From NCBI GenBank assembly GCA_013265495.1, contig MU060887.1:124001-188000 (forward strand): a stretch of DNA of 64,000 bases. The letters are read 5' to 3'. A program made the translations under genes and the position numbers. This DNA is from Vicugna vicugna. Taxonomy: Eukaryota. The notes under the pieces are model-generated. The model was not told the origin of the DNA. It was given only the letters and a program-made list of their open reading frames with translations, and searched no databases. Of the stretch, positions 47,501-60,555 are shown in pieces (the first letter of the stretch is position 1; each line of letters begins with the position of its first letter).

Positions 47501-50500
47501 AAAATCTTTTGCCCCAGCCTCACCCACATCTGTTCTGCCCCCAGGACACAGTCCTGTCCTCAGTGTATTCCGTGCTAGGTTCAGTGCCCTGTGCCTTGCC
47601 CACATGAACTCCCACTCCAGCTTTACTTATTGAAATGTCTTGCTTTCCCTCAGTCCCACATCAGTGTTCTAACCCGCTCCTGCAGCCCCGCCCTTGCCTG
47701 GCCCTACTCCTAGACCCACTTCATGGCTCCGCCCACTTTGCCCCTAGGCACAACCCCCAGTACTGTAATCCTACCCCAGGGTCTGGCTGGGCTCTTCCCC
47801 AGGGCTCTGTCCCTCTCCTAGCCCCCTCTGCCAGTCACCCTGCCAGAGCCTGGGAAGGCCTGAGGGGTGACCCATCCCCAGCCCTGCTCCATCCTCTTTC
47901 GGCAGGGAGACACTCCTGCGGCTTCAGCTGGAGAACAAGCGCCTGTGCCAGCAGGAGGCGGCCGATCGGGAGCGGCAGGAGGAGCTGCAGCGCCACCTGG
48001 AGGAGGCCAACCGTGCGCGCCACGGGCTGGAGACGCAGCACCGGTGAGGACCTACCTGGCGGTGCCCCAAGCGAGCCGCCAATGTGGGCTGAGGGCGGGC
48101 GCAAGCACTGAGCGGGCCCCCCACCCCCGCAGGCTGAACCAGCAGCAGCTGTCGGAGCTGCGGGCCCAGGTGGAGGACCTGCAGAAGGCCCTGCAAGAGC
48201 AGGGGGGCAAGACTGAGGACGTGAGTGCCCACCTCCTCCCTGCCTGGCCCTCCCTTGTGTCCCCCAGTAACCCTCCTCTCTCTCCCCTCTGCTGCCCGAT
48301 GCCCCCTGAAGTCCATTGTAAGTACCTTGGGCCCAGGGTGACACCCCCTACCCTCACCCTGGGAAGAGTTTTGGACCTCTGGACCACCTACTCACCCAGT
48401 GCCTCTTTTCTCCTCCAGTCAACACTGCTGAAGAGGAAGCTGGAGGAACATCTGTAAGTCCCAGGGGGAGGGCACTCCTGGTGGGGAAAAAGGCTGAAGC
48501 AAAGGTTTGGGGATGGATTTGGCGTTGATGGGGAATATGTTTATGAGGGAGTCAGCCAAAACACAGACAGATGGGTCAGATCAAGTGGGGTCTTATAGAC
48601 CAAGGAAAGGAGTATGGACTGCTTGAGAGAAACTCTGGGGAGCCACAGAGGGAATTCAACAGGGTTGTGCGACAAACTGATAGTCATTTACTTTTTGCAT
48701 TGTTAAAAAAGAAACTTTTAAATAGCTATCACATTTATAGTTTGAATACCAAAATTTATACCAAGCTATACAGGAAGAAAGGGTGTACTTCTCAGTGCCC
48801 CCCTTATTGACTCAGTTTCCACTCCATTCCTATTTATTATGGAAATCTTTCCAGAGTTTTCAAAGCAAATGCAAATGAATATGAATATAGGTTTTTATTC
48901 TTATTCCTATTTATATAAAAGTTAGCATAATATGTGCTACTTTGCACTTTGCTTTCCCTACTTAATAAGATAACTGGGGAAATTCCTCCATATGAATAAA
49001 TATAGGGAATACTTGTTTTTTTTAAATATAGCAGCCTTTGTCAACAGAGGTTCCACAGGGAAACTAGGCTTTACAGAAAATTATTTTCATGATTTTTCTC
49101 AGTTCTGCCAAGGATGGAATGTAGTTAGTGCCGACCCAGGGCACAGAAAGTTATTTCCTTACAGAGGATGGGTGCCTGGAGGCATTTGGCTTTAATTCTC
49201 CTGTAGAATTCTGGTCCAGAAGGGCTGGCCTATAGCATTTTTTGTAATATCATAATGTGTTCAAGTCATTCATTCTAGGTATTTGCAATTTCAAACAATG
49301 CAACAGAGTAAAACCTTGTATATGATCATTTCACTTGCGTGCAAATATATCACAAAAATGGACTGGGTGACTCAGAGGGTACGTGTTTTTGTAGTTTTAG
49401 TAGTCATAGCCAAAGGTTTGCTATTAGATGTTACACCACATTCCACGTCCAACACATGATAATAGTCTCATCTAGAAGGAGTGTTATATCTTTGAGGGTT
49501 TTGCCACCAGTGGCAGAACTGTAAAGTACTAGCTTGCATTTTCTTTTGTTATAAGAGACTTGCACTCTAGAAAGATCCTTGGCTGCAGGGTCGAGAATGG
49601 AACTGAGGAGTTGAGAGTAAGAAGAGGCTGGCGAAGGATGATGGTGCCTGGACCAGTGTGTGGGCTGTGGAATGGGGAGAAGTGGACAGATTGAGGGACT
49701 GGTCCAGGGACCACCTGAAGAGGGGAGTGGAGGGTTGTGGCTCTGATGACTGAGGGGATGGTGAGGCCAGGGCACACAGCCCCCCAGCTTGAAGTCAGGC
49801 AGAGAGGTCTGCAGGGACACTTCTGGCCATCTGGCAAGGCTTCGGCCACCACTGAGATGAAGATAAGTGGGCCCAGAGGTCAGGCTGCAGCTGTTCGTGC
49901 CCTGCCCACAGGCAGAAGCTGCACGAGGCGGATTTGGAGCTGCAGCGGAAGCGCGAATACATCGAGGAGCTGGAGCCTCCTGCAGACAGCAGCAGTGAGT
50001 GGACTCAGAGGCTGGATGGGTGAGGGGGGAGCCCTGAGCTTGGTGTGGAGCTGAGGGGCCACCTTGTTCCCCCAGCAGCCCGGCGTATTGAGGAGCTGCA
50101 GCACAGCCTGCAGAAGAAGGATGCAGACTTGCGGGCCATGGAGGAGCGGTACCGCCGCTACGTGGACAAGGCACGCACGGTGAGGATGCTAGGTGCCCCA
50201 CTGGCCTCCTGCCGAAGTTACTGCCTCCCATCGGTTCCTACCTCCTGCCAGGTGGCAGTTCTCTGCCCCCTACCCCCACATCTGTCATACCTTATCACAT
50301 CACAGACTTCTACAACCTGGCCTGTGAAGCCAAGCTCTCTGTGACTGTGTCTTCTCCAAACCCTAGGTCATACAGACCCTGGAACCCAAGCAGCGGCTGC
50401 CTGGGGGGGGTCCCCCAGAACTCCATGCTCTGAGGACACAAATCCAGGAGCGGAATGTCCGTATCCGGCACTTAGAGGTGAGTGTCCTTATACCTTCTCA

Positions 50501-50845
50501 CTGCTCCCAGCACATCCAGGCCCTTGACTATTGCCTCATTAGCAGATGGACTTTGAGAAGAGTCGAAGTCAGCGGGAGCAGGAAGAAAAGCTGCTCATCA
50601 GTGCCTGGTATAATATGGTGAGTGCACTGTCACCATGTTGAAGAACTGGGGGGTCCTGTGGGCTCACCTGACCCCAACTATGCCCTTCCCTCCAGGGCAT
50701 GGCTCTGCAGCAGCGAGCTGGGGAAGAGCGGGCACCTGCCCATGCCCAGTCGTTCCTGGCACAGCAACGGCTGGCCACCAATGCTCGCCGAGGACCTCTG
50801 GGACGCCTAGCATCTCTGAACATGCGCCCCACTGACAAGCACTGA
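41547..50845 (+). CDS. HOOK2: Hook microtubule-tethering protein 2 (dynein adaptor), 717 aa (719 with the microexon)
   Basis: 22 exons: 41547-41591, 42113-42198, 42268-42340, 43295-43345, 43434-43566, 43661-43728, 44085-44147, 44465-44545, 44641-44801, 44885-45025, 46022-46223, 46517-46627, 46737-46824, 47171-47240, 47906-48043, 48133-48220, 48419-48453, 49912-49994, 50076-50179, 50367-50477, 50546-50617, 50696-50845. Total 2154 nt in frame, all GT-AG. Hook domain, coiled coils, C-terminal EEKLLISAWYNMG. Confidence 0.96.
42510..43180 (-). mobile_element. L2 fragment in HOOK2 intron 3
   Basis: GTTCCAGACGCTGGGAACAGCAAATGCAAAGGCCCTGAG..GCAATAATCCGGGTGAGAGATGATGATGGC. Confidence 0.65.
45040..45960 (+). 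repeat. C/A-rich, G-poor degenerate tract in HOOK2 intron 10
   Basis: Recurrent CCCCATA/CCCACAATG/GCCCC words. Confidence 0.45.
48312..48317 (+). CDS. HOOK2: HOOK2 6-nt microexon (Ser-Ile)
   Basis: AAG|TCCATT|GTAAGT between two phase-0 exons, with a long pyrimidine tract and TGC motifs upstream. Confidence 0.75.
48760..49520. mobile_element. AT-rich old repeat block (L1M-like followed by a possible DNA-transposon remnant) in HOOK2 intron 17
   Basis: Abrupt AT-rich segment. L1M-like GCTTTCCCTACTTAATAAGAT..CCTCCATATGAATAAATATAG; the second half is unassigned. Confidence 0.4.
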
Positions 50846-51124
50846 TGGATCTCAGGATTCTGCCACCTGCCCAGCCAGTCAGGGCATAATCCACCCTGGA
50901 TTCCCCTACTCACATGGGACCTAGCATTATGCGTCAGCCAGCTGCTTAAGAGCCTTGAGATCATAACCTCTGCCCTTTGACCTCCCAGGTGGGACAAGAG
51001 TGCAGGATGGGGCGGGAGCCAGGATTGGGCCTCTTCTTTTTAGCAGTGTGATTCTTATTCTTGATTTTCTCCCTGGGATTTGTGAGCTGCTAGGGGACAA
51101 AGTGATTTTATATTTGAGAAAAAT

Positions 51125-51130
51125 AATAAA
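51125..51130 (+). terminator. HOOK2 polyadenylation signal
   Basis: AATAAA about 280 nt after the stop codon. Confidence 0.75.
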
Positions 51131-51339
51131 GACTTTGGATCTGCCCCGGCTGGACTCTGGGCAGGAAGGGGAGGGAGAGAAGATGGGCGAGGTACTCAGA
51201 CTACTGCTTTCAAGAAAGCCCTGGCTTTTGTTCTTACCAAAGTGTGAGTGACTAATAGCACCCAGTAGGAGGTTTGAATCATGTTTGTATCTGTGTAACC
51301 ATATATGTGCATGTTGGGTTTTCAAGAAGCTTCAGACAA

Positions 51340-52450
51340 AGCTTCCCTACCTTAGGAAGCTGTCAATTCATTGGAGGGAGACAGATAATAAGCAAAACAG
51401 ATAAAATAAAAGTTTGATATGAGAAGTGCTAAAGAACAAGAAAAAGCAGACAAAGTGATGGAGAGGCAGAAAGTGGATTTAGGAGGTGGTGATTTTTAGT
51501 AAATGGCCGGGAAAGGAGGCCTCACCAAGGAAGTGACATAATTTAAGCAGAGACTTGACATAGGTGAGGGCGGTGGCATATATTTGGGGAAGTGTGGTCC
51601 AGGTAGAGGGAATGGGATGTGCAAAGGCCCTGAGGTGAGACCTTGCTCCATGGGTTAGAGAGACAGTGAGAAGGCTATTGTAGCCAGAGTGCAGTGAGTG
51701 AGAGGAAGAGTGGGAACAATTTAGAGCAGGGAGATTGTTCAGGGCCTTATGGGAGTGTGTGGAATACTTTAGCTTTTATTCGAAGTGAAGTGGGAGCTAC
51801 AGAGGGTTCTAAGCAAAGCAGCAACTGATGTGACCTGATTTAAGTGTTCATAGGCTCCCTTTGGCTTCCATGGGAGGAAGAGACTGTGGGGATGGTAGGG
51901 CCAGAGCTAAGAGACCAGAGTGTAGTTAATTAGTCGAGATGGGTGGTTGGGTGATAGTGACAGTTTTGGCCTGGGTGGAGGCCCTGGAGTAATGGGAAAT
52001 GGCTGGATTCTGGATACAATTTGAAGACCAAGCTGATGGGATTTGGTACTGAGTTGATGTGGAAGGGGGATGAAAGAAAGAGACAAGTTGAAGATGACTC
52101 CCTGGGTTTGGCCTCATCTGGAAGGACAAAGCTGACAGACAGGTTGGGACAGGTGGGGATCCAATAGGGAGCTGTTTTGGGGGCATGTTATGTTGGAGAT
52201 GCCCGTGAGATCCCCACGTGGAGATGTTGAGCAGGCAGTTGGCTCTCTGGGTCTAGAGTCAGGGGAGGGGTCCTGGCTGGACTTCTAAATTCAGGAGTCA
52301 TCAACATATGATTAATATAAGACCTAGAGCACTGTAGGGGTATCAGAGTGCAGGGATTTGGGGCAGAGGGGTCACTTGCAGAAGCATAAATCAAGGCTGA
52401 CAGGAAGAAGCTGTGGTCCTGGGACTGTAATTTGTACATTAATGAATGAG
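51340..52450 (-). mobile_element. L2 fragment between HOOK2 and BEST2
   Basis: GGGATGTGCAAAGGCCCTGAGG..GAGGGTTCTAAGCA..TGGATTCTGGATACAATTTGAAG..GAGATGTTGAGCAGGCAGTTGG. Confidence 0.7.
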
Positions 52451-52799
52451 TAAAGCCAAGGGCCACCCCTACTTCAGATGGGGCCATTTCAGAGAGCAGA
52501 ATTTGCAAAGAAGTGGGCAGGGCATTGCCAAATAATCTGGAGGAATTCTCAAAGCTTACTTAGCGTAATGCCTGGTAAAAGCTGAATAAAAACCACTAAC
52601 ATTTTGCCCTTAGTGCAGTGCCTGGCTCAGAGGAGGCGCTCCAAGCCTCTGTGCCAAACCTAAGGCTGGAGCGCAGGTAGCTGGCAGGTAAGAAGCGAGA
52701 AGGCAGAGTCCACAAGCAGCTTATGCAGACCCAAGCCACTGCTTGCGGTCGGTGTCGGGGCTTAATTCCCTGTCGTTGGGGATCCAGGGTCCAAGGGTC

Positions 52800-55700
52800 T
52801 CAGGACAGACTCTCCTCTTCCTCACCAATGGGGCTGGGCAGCCAAGGTGGAGCCGGCCCCCGGGACCCGGGCATTGGCACAACAGTGAAGGGCTCGGCAG
52901 GTGGCCCGGGGACGGGGGCGGGGGCAGGTGCGAGAGTGAGCGGCTCGGGGCCGGTGGAAGGCTCAGGCTCCGTCTCCCGCAGGCCTAAGTCTAGCAGCGG
53001 GTCCCCACAACCGCATTCCGGGGCCAAGCCGTCGAGGGCGCCCGCGCACGCGCAGCTGGCGGTCGTAGACGCCTCCGACACGCAGCTGTTCTTGCGGCGC
53101 AGCAAGGACAGGCGCCGGCCCAGCAGGCCTCCTGGGGCCGTGCCTGCGCCCACTGGCAGGAGGCGCTGCAGGAAGTCGCAGTGTGCTTCCACCAGCGGCG
53201 CGTCCACGCCGTCCGGCCGCTGGAACTGCATATCCTCCTTGGCCAGCCTACGGGAGAGACAGTGGGTCAACTCTGCGGCCTCACCCCTCTTCATCAACAG
53301 AGCTGGGACCGAGGCACACTGCTTTTCCTGGCTCTACCCACCCCTTTGTCCCACTTATCTCAAAAGACCTTGGCTCCTCACCCGAGAGCCTAGCCTTATC
53401 CTCTGTCTCTGGCTATGCTCAAACTCAAGCCTAAAAAGGCTCAGCTGTGGCTCTGCCGCGTGTCCTTTAGTATCACTTATGGTCCATCCAATCTTCATAC
53501 ACCGCAACCCTTACCTCTGCTCTCAGTTAGTGGCCGGGTCCCAGACCTTAACCCGGATCCCTGACCCCTGCCCTGTCTCAGTCCTCACAGACTTTAGCTC
53601 TTTGTCCCGAATCTCCAGGGTGTAGCTTTTAGCCTCGTCCTCGTCACCCACAGCCCTTTCGGTCAGATACTCCCCGCAGTCATGAGCCCCGCCCCCAAGA
53701 GGCCCCGCCCACCCACTGTCTTACGTGATGTCGAAGGTGGAGCCCTGGAAGGAGGGCTGCTGCATCAGGAAGGCGGTCGCGGCCGTGTAGGGGGCGCGAG
53801 CCTCGGCCGCGTCCCAGTACAGGTCCTTCTCCAGCATGACCAGGTCGTCGTACATCTCGTCCACAGCTAGCATTGACACCTGCGGGCGCGGGCACGCGGG
53901 GAAGTCTGGAGCATGGAAAAACTCTGGTACCGCAGGATGGACCTCTCAGGATGGATAGGAGTGTGGTGACCAAAGAAGGATGGTTCAGGAGCAAGGCCTG
54001 GGCTTGTCTTGGCAGCGGTGGGGCCAGGGCCGTTTTGGGACCCCAGAAGTCTCACCTGGAAGTTGCGATCGATCAGAAAGTTGGTCTCAAAGTCATCGTC
54101 ATCCTCTCCGAAGGGGTTGATGAGCTGCTCAGCTACCTGAGTGGAGAGGGGAGAGGTAGGCGGGGCCCTGAGAATCCCTCTCCGCCCCACCCCTGGAGTT
54201 CTGGCCTCGGAGCCCCACCCACCTTGAGCCAGCCGGCATAGAAAAAGAACTGCAGCAGGGTGAAGATGGGCACGAACAGGTCCAAGTCGTGGTCTTTGTA
54301 GCCCTGTGCTGGATCCAGGAACTGGCGACCAATGAGGCAGGCCAGGAAGTAGCTGTACACAGCGATGGTCACCACCTGGGGGTAGGGCAGGGCAGAGTGC
54401 CAAGTCAGGGTTCTCTGGGTCTTAGGGGTCATGGAGCGACTAGGGCTAGGATTGGGAGTCACTGTGATGGGGTCTTAGATGGCCCTCAGTTTTCTCTTGA
54501 GACAAACGCACCAGGGCCTCTCACACGCGATATTAAAAGGCATGCTGGGTTACCTGGGTGTAGACGAGAGGTACACTAATCCAGTCGTAGTGAAAGAGCA
54601 TCCCACACTTGCTGCGAAACACAGTCAGTTCCTGGTAGCAGATACAGGTCATGAGGGGGCCTGAATTGTGAGCTCACACATGGGGATTATGTAGGGGTAC
54701 CTGGGATGGAGGTGAGTAGTTACCTGGTGGGAAGTGGGCGTGTGCTTCTAGGGACTCCAGGGAGAGTGTTTAGTGGTGAGTGTACACCTGGGGTAGGGGA
54801 CACTATGCACCGAGGAGCCACCCCATAGAGATAAGTGTGCACCCGAGGGCAGCTAGATAAGTGCTTGGAATCCGCCTTGTGGGAGGTTCACGGCAGTCCG
54901 CGATGTGACACAACTCCAAGATGGGAGGGGTATATTTACCCTGGTATTTTATATGAATGACCACCTGGCGAGCCCACCTCCAGCAGCAGTTTAAGGGCGC
55001 CGTTGTCGCGGATGCGGCCCTCGCGCCGAGCCTGCGCTGCCAGGTTGGAGAACCAGATGCAGGGCACCCAATACTTGTTGTAGGATGAGTTTAGGTTCTC
55101 GAACTTCTTGCGCTCTTCGCGGGTCATAAATCCTGGAGCGGCGAGGTCGGGGGTTACTTGGCCTGCCCCCACCCAGTCCTTGCGCTCCTCCCCCTTCCCC
55201 TTTTGGCCAGAGCCTGACCTGCCTCCACTACGTGGTCTATGGTGGGGAAGCGCTTGAAGACCGCGGTGCTGACCGAGCGCAGGATAAGCACAGCAGAGAG
55301 CCCTGCGTAGCGCATGAGCGTGCGTCGGTAGAGGCGGCCACGCTCGTCCCGCCCGTGCACTGTGCCGACCACCACGCACATGAGCGGGTCGGGCATGGGC
55401 ATGCATAGGTACTGGTTCCACCAGCGGTGCACCACCAGCGTCACATAGAAGCCTGCGGGAGAACCAGAAAGCCGGGAATGGGGTGAGGGCTCATTTGGGA
55501 CACTAAGGCCAGAGGTGTAGGGGCCCAGGTCAAGAGAAGAGGAATGACATAGGGTCAGCATCAGGGACACGGGGTATGCTGGACACCCTGGGGGTCCAGC
55601 CCTGAGGTCAGAGGTTGGTGAAAGCTGAGTCACCCTGGCTACCTGGGTGTCACTTGGGATGGGAGACTGGGATCCTGGTATACAGGTGGAGACCCAGGGT

Positions 55701-56670
55701 CCACAGGCAGGTTGTCACCAAGGCCACAGGGAGCCCTTGAGCCAGGGATGTGTGATGAGGTTGGGCACAGGGTATAAGTCAGAGAGCCTGGGGCAGGATG
55801 GTCACCCTATCCTTGTGGGCCCAGAACGGTAGGAGGAAGGCTGAGGTCACATGAAGTCACTGAGGACAGAGGGCCAGGACTTGTCAGAGAAATGCCCCTC
55901 AGGCTGAACTTGAGAGGATGGAGTCATATAGGGTCCTTGGAGGGGTCCCTGGGGCTCAGGACATGTGAGGGGAAGCAATAATAACCCCATGCATACACAG
56001 ATGGGAGTCCCTGAGGTGGCCAGGGATAAGCCTGTAGATGACATGGAGCTCTCATTGGGGCATCTCAGGGGACACACTGACCAAGTGACATCCAAGGTCT
56101 TGGGAATCAGGGCCATACCTGGCATAAAGGACGCAGAATGGGGATTTGTGGGGATTGAATTTAAGAGGGGTCTCAGAAAGGAAGGAATGGGAAATCTCCA
56201 AAAGGCATGAATGACGGTGGGTTTCTCAGGATCTGGGGAATGAGGAATTCAGGAGCGCGAACGCACCGAGCACAAAAGAGACCGGGATGAGACTGGCGTA
56301 CTGATCGCAGTAAATGACGAGCTTCTCGAAGTAGCGCTTCTGCTCTTGGGTCAGCACGAAGCTGTGAGGGAGGGGACGCGGGGTCACGGGCGAGCCCCAG
56401 TCCCCAGCTGAAGCTCTCTCTTCCCGCGCCCTCTCCCGGGGAGGCCTAGGGACCCTCCCCAGTACCGCCCCCCACCCCCATCCCCGGTGGGCACCTCTCC
56501 ACCCGGGGGCTGCCTCACCGATAGGCGGCACTCAGCGCCATGTAGAGCCCGAGGAAACAGAGCAGCTCGCGCCACAGAAGTTTGTAGATGCTCCCGCGCC
56601 ACAGCAGCAGCAGCTGCGAGAAGCCGCCGAAGCGCGCGTTCGCCACGCGGGCTGTGTACGTGACTGTCAT
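52800..56670 (-). CDS. BEST2: Bestrophin-2 Ca2+-activated anion channel, 516 aa
   Basis: Exons 56670-56519, 56361-56267, 55452-55219, 55132-54978, 54631-54554, 54375-54223, 54136-54056, 53879-53725, 53247-52800 (1551 nt, GT-AG). RFP motif (KRFPT), Ca-clasp [13 protein letters not shown]. Confidence 0.96.
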
Positions 56671-57539
56671 CGCGGCCCCCGGGCCAGAGGAGCCAAAAGA
56701 GGGGGGACTGGACCGGACCTGGGCCTGTGTGCCGAGGGATGGGGGACCGGGAGGGGGCCGAGCTGGAGGCTGCGGGCGGGGGTGGAGAGCGCGGGGCCGA
56801 CTCAACAACTCCGCGTCCCCTTCAGCGCCCTGCTACCTCCTCATAGGCGCCCTTGCTCAGGTTCCCGTCTCCTCCCACCTGCTCAGTCCTGCCTTAGCCC
56901 CCATCCTCCTCCCCAAGGCCCTTCTCGCAAGCCACTCCCTTCCTTGGACTTTTGGTCCCAGCGTCTTGAGCAGACCTCCCCAGGCCCTCGCCATCCATCC
57001 TCCACACCCAAGACCTTTAGGTCCACCACGTTTACCTAAGTTGCCCTCTGTCTGATCCCATACCCCTTTCCACCTACAGCCTCCCCAGCTCCCTAAATCC
57101 CCAGCGCCTCAGTTTGTAGGTTCCTGGGGCTCCAACTGACTTCCCACCCTAATTCCCCTCCCTTCAGTCCCGCTTCTGCCTTCCCTCCGCCCATTCCCCT
57201 TACCCAGTCCCTGCCCATTCCCCACCATGCACTTCCTTTTGAAGCCCTCCAAACTCCAGTCCCTGTCTCCAGGTCTCCTACAGCCTCAGGCTGGCTCCCT
57301 CTCCTGCACAGCTGCCCCAGCCTATCTCCCTCCCACTTAACTGCCCAGGCTCTGCCCAGGCTCTGCCCCTGCTCTGCCCCTTCCTTTTATTCCTGGATCC
57401 ACCTTGACCTTTCCCCTGTCCATTCCCCTCTAGCCTTCTAAACCCTGCACACCCAACCCTGTGAACTCAGAGAGATTCTTGCCAGCAGGTCCACTTGTCC
57501 TCAGGGGTCCCTATTCCCCCAGGCCTGGGCTCTTCTCAC

Positions 57540-57600
57540 CTGGTGGCTGGTGCAGGGACACTCAGGGACAGACAGGACGGGCAGGTGGCTTCAGTGTTGG
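57540..57600 (-). other. BEST2: Probable BEST2 non-coding first exon
   Basis: Strong donor CAG|GTGAGA at 57540 and a matching acceptor CACACAG at 56725 upstream of the ATG. The 5' boundary is approximate. Confidence 0.5.
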
Positions 57601-57859
57601 GTGGGGCTGAAGCCAGATTCTGTGAGGGAGGGGGCTGGGGAGTAGGCGTGGGTGGCCCCTCCCTGGCCCTCCCCCCTCAGTTGCAGCCTCAGAATTTTGT
57701 TTGAAGAAGTCTCATCAGTTTGTTACCTGGGGGGATGGGGGTGGGGAATTCACCCTGTTCTCCCTTGCTCCTCCCTGTCCTTCTCAGTCAGTCACTGGCT
57801 GATCTAAGAAATCCTGGACAGGAGCTGGGGGAGGGGGCAGGAACCCTCTTCTTACTAGC

Positions 57860-58750
57860 CCCAGACATACACACACACTGCTCAGTGAGGCTGGGTCACT
57901 CGTACTCACAGGGGTGCACACAGAAACACACCATAGACCCAGACACAAATTCAGCTTTCCTCAACAGCCTCCTACAACCATGGGACCCAGCAAGCAGTGC
58001 ACACTGTCATGAAGACTTCCGGAGTGACACAAGAGGCTCTTAGCCCTACTGCACCCCCCAACCAATATGCAGATATAAGGCAGATGGACCCTAACCCACC
58101 AGGCTTTCAGCTCTCAGGCACCCACCCACACAGTGCTCCAGCCATCCAGGAGGAATACAGTGGCAGGGACCCAGGAGCCCTGAATTCCTTCATGATCATA
58201 CTATGTAACAAAGACACACTCAAGGCCACACAGCCAGCCAAGTACAGACCCCACCCCGACCCCAGAACTCCTTCACACAGGCAGCCACACACCGTCACGC
58301 AGAGAGGGGTAGCACACATTTATTCCCAATCTTCCCTGCACAAAAATGCACCTGTAGTCATACACCAGATGCAGGACTACCTGCCCTCAGCACAACAGCA
58401 TACAATCCTGAGGTCAGAGCCGGGTCCTGGTGGTCCCTTAGATTTGCCAATATTGCAAAGACACATTCATACAACATCCACCCCTCCCCAAAGTCCCACA
58501 GACCCAGAGGGTCACATTCAGATGGATCATGCCATCACCCCTCAGGAAACTCACCTGCATTTATTTGCACATCAGTACATAAGACACACCCTTCCCAAAG
58601 CCCCCTCACTGCAGCTCGCAGGCACCCCCCCCCAGTCTCAGACTCTTTCAACACTGTCATGAACAGGCAGGCTTAGGGACACAAACCTTGTCCCCACATT
58701 TGGCATGGATACAGGACAGATGTTCTCCCTTCACAGACACACCTACAAAG
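57860..58750 (+). repeat. Degenerate CA-rich tract upstream of BEST2
   Basis: ACACAC/GACACA/CACAG words. Confidence 0.5.
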
Positions 58751-59319
58751 GCGGCACTCTAGCCTGGCACAAGCTGTCCTCCACTCTCAACTTTGAATGC
58801 ATAGCCCCGTGTGGCAAGGGGTGGAGGCTCAGGGTTCCAGCCCCAAGAGGGATGTCCTGGGGTGCCCCTGAACCTCTCAAGTCCACCCCAGCACCAGGAG
58901 TGCACATGGCTCTGCTCGACCCCACCCCAAGGTCCGGCCAGCCAGGACGCTGTGTTCCTAACGTGGCAGGTGTCTGCCCTGCCTGGGGTAATTAGGAACC
59001 AGCCCAGGCTGGCCGTCCTCAGACCCATGTCTCCGCTGTCCAGCTGCCGGACAGCCTATAAAAGGTGAAGGGTGTTGCTCCTGGCTACGGGAACTGGGGA
59101 GAGGACAGGCTTCAAGTTGATGGGCTCCATACCTGACCAGAGGCCCCTACTGCCTTGGATGTAGCCTCATGCACTGCAACCAGCTCTCCCCTCCACCCCC
59201 ATGCCCATCTCCCCTCCCCCAGCTCACAGTGTCCTCACACACTTCTGATGGCTGGACCCCTGCTGGGGCGGGGGCCGGTTGCCCGGGCTAGTTCACATGC
59301 TTAATAATTGTACCAGTGA

Positions 59320-59540
59320 ATAATAACAAACACTCCTTGGCAGGTACGTGCCTGGGGCTGTTGTAAAGGCGTTACCTACTTCATCTCGTCGAGTCCTTTA
59401 CAAGCAGGACTGTGAGGTCCCTGCTCGTGTTATTCCACCATAGAGGTAGGGAAACTGAGGCTCAGATGACACACAGCCCATTCATGGCACAGCTGGGATT
59501 TGAACCCAGGAAGTTTGCCTTGGAGCCTGTGGTCCTAACA
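59320..59540 (-). mobile_element. MIR SINE
   Basis: GGAAACTGAGGCTCAGA..GCACAGCTGGGATTTGAACCCAGG. Confidence 0.65.
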
Positions 59541-60549
59541 TGGGCCACACTGCCATGTGTTTACAAACACCACCCTGACGTGGACGTGCCCACACCGGCT
59601 CACGTACACCCGGTGGAGTGAGGGACACGTCTAGGCTCGTGACTGGGTTCCCCTCATGCGCACACCCTGGCACGCCCAGACCCTGGGTGTGCACTGTCTG
59701 AACACCACTTCCTGACTCATGCGTGTCCTCAGGTCTCCCCTTTCAACCCCCACCCCCATCCAGCTCTGGCTTGGAACTTGCAAATCCCCAAGGTCATGCC
59801 AGTCCTGGGTCACTCAAGTCGGGATGACAGTGACTGTCCAGGAACTGGCAGAGCGAGGAGTGCAGGGGAGGTGGGTGGGAATGCTAGGTGTCTTTCAGGC
59901 TGGGTTGCTAACCCTTCCAGGGTCAGGTGAATTTGTGCCATGGCTCCCTGAACAGCCACACTAAGGTCTCCATTTCAGGAATAAAGAGACTGAAGCTCAG
60001 ACATGCTGCAGGCCACTCAGAGATGGCTCTGGGGTCAGGACAGGACTTCAGGGCCCCTCCATCCTGAGTCTTTTGTCATCCTGCCCTCTAATCAGCTCCC
60101 TGTTGTAGCCCTGTGCTGGGAGGGGCTGATGCCATTCCATGGAACAGGAATGGGGGCGTGGAGACTGTTAATCCCCAGTCTGGCAGGCCCAGGCTCTGCC
60201 CAGGGCGCCCACTAATTCCCAAATCAAACAGCAGGCAGTGCTGGGCCCACTGCCGGCCTAATCCGCTCCCCACCAGCCTGGGGCTGGCCAAGGGGCCTCC
60301 CAGTTCCCACGCTCTGAGCTTTGAAAGAAGTGGGCTGATGCCCCTCTCTTCTACTCTGGGCTTTACAGCCCCAAAGGACACCCCTATCCATGCAGAGCTA
60401 GGAAAAGGCACCCCTCGACTGAAGAACCCTCCTTCTAAAATGCCTCTCTGGGTGTGACATCTTTGTGCAGTGTACAACCTGTGCATCTGTACATGGAGGT
60501 GCTAAGCCCCAGCCCCCTCTGTATAACATCCACAGTAGTTTAAGATCAT

Positions 60550-60555
60550 TTTATT
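60550..60555 (-). terminator. GET3 polyadenylation signal
   Basis: AATAAA on the minus strand about 185 nt after the stop codon. Confidence 0.8.

Noticed and set aside
57997-58662. 221-aa His/Thr/Gln-rich ORF
   Set aside because: Falls in a CA-rich low-complexity tract; composition explains the lack of stops.
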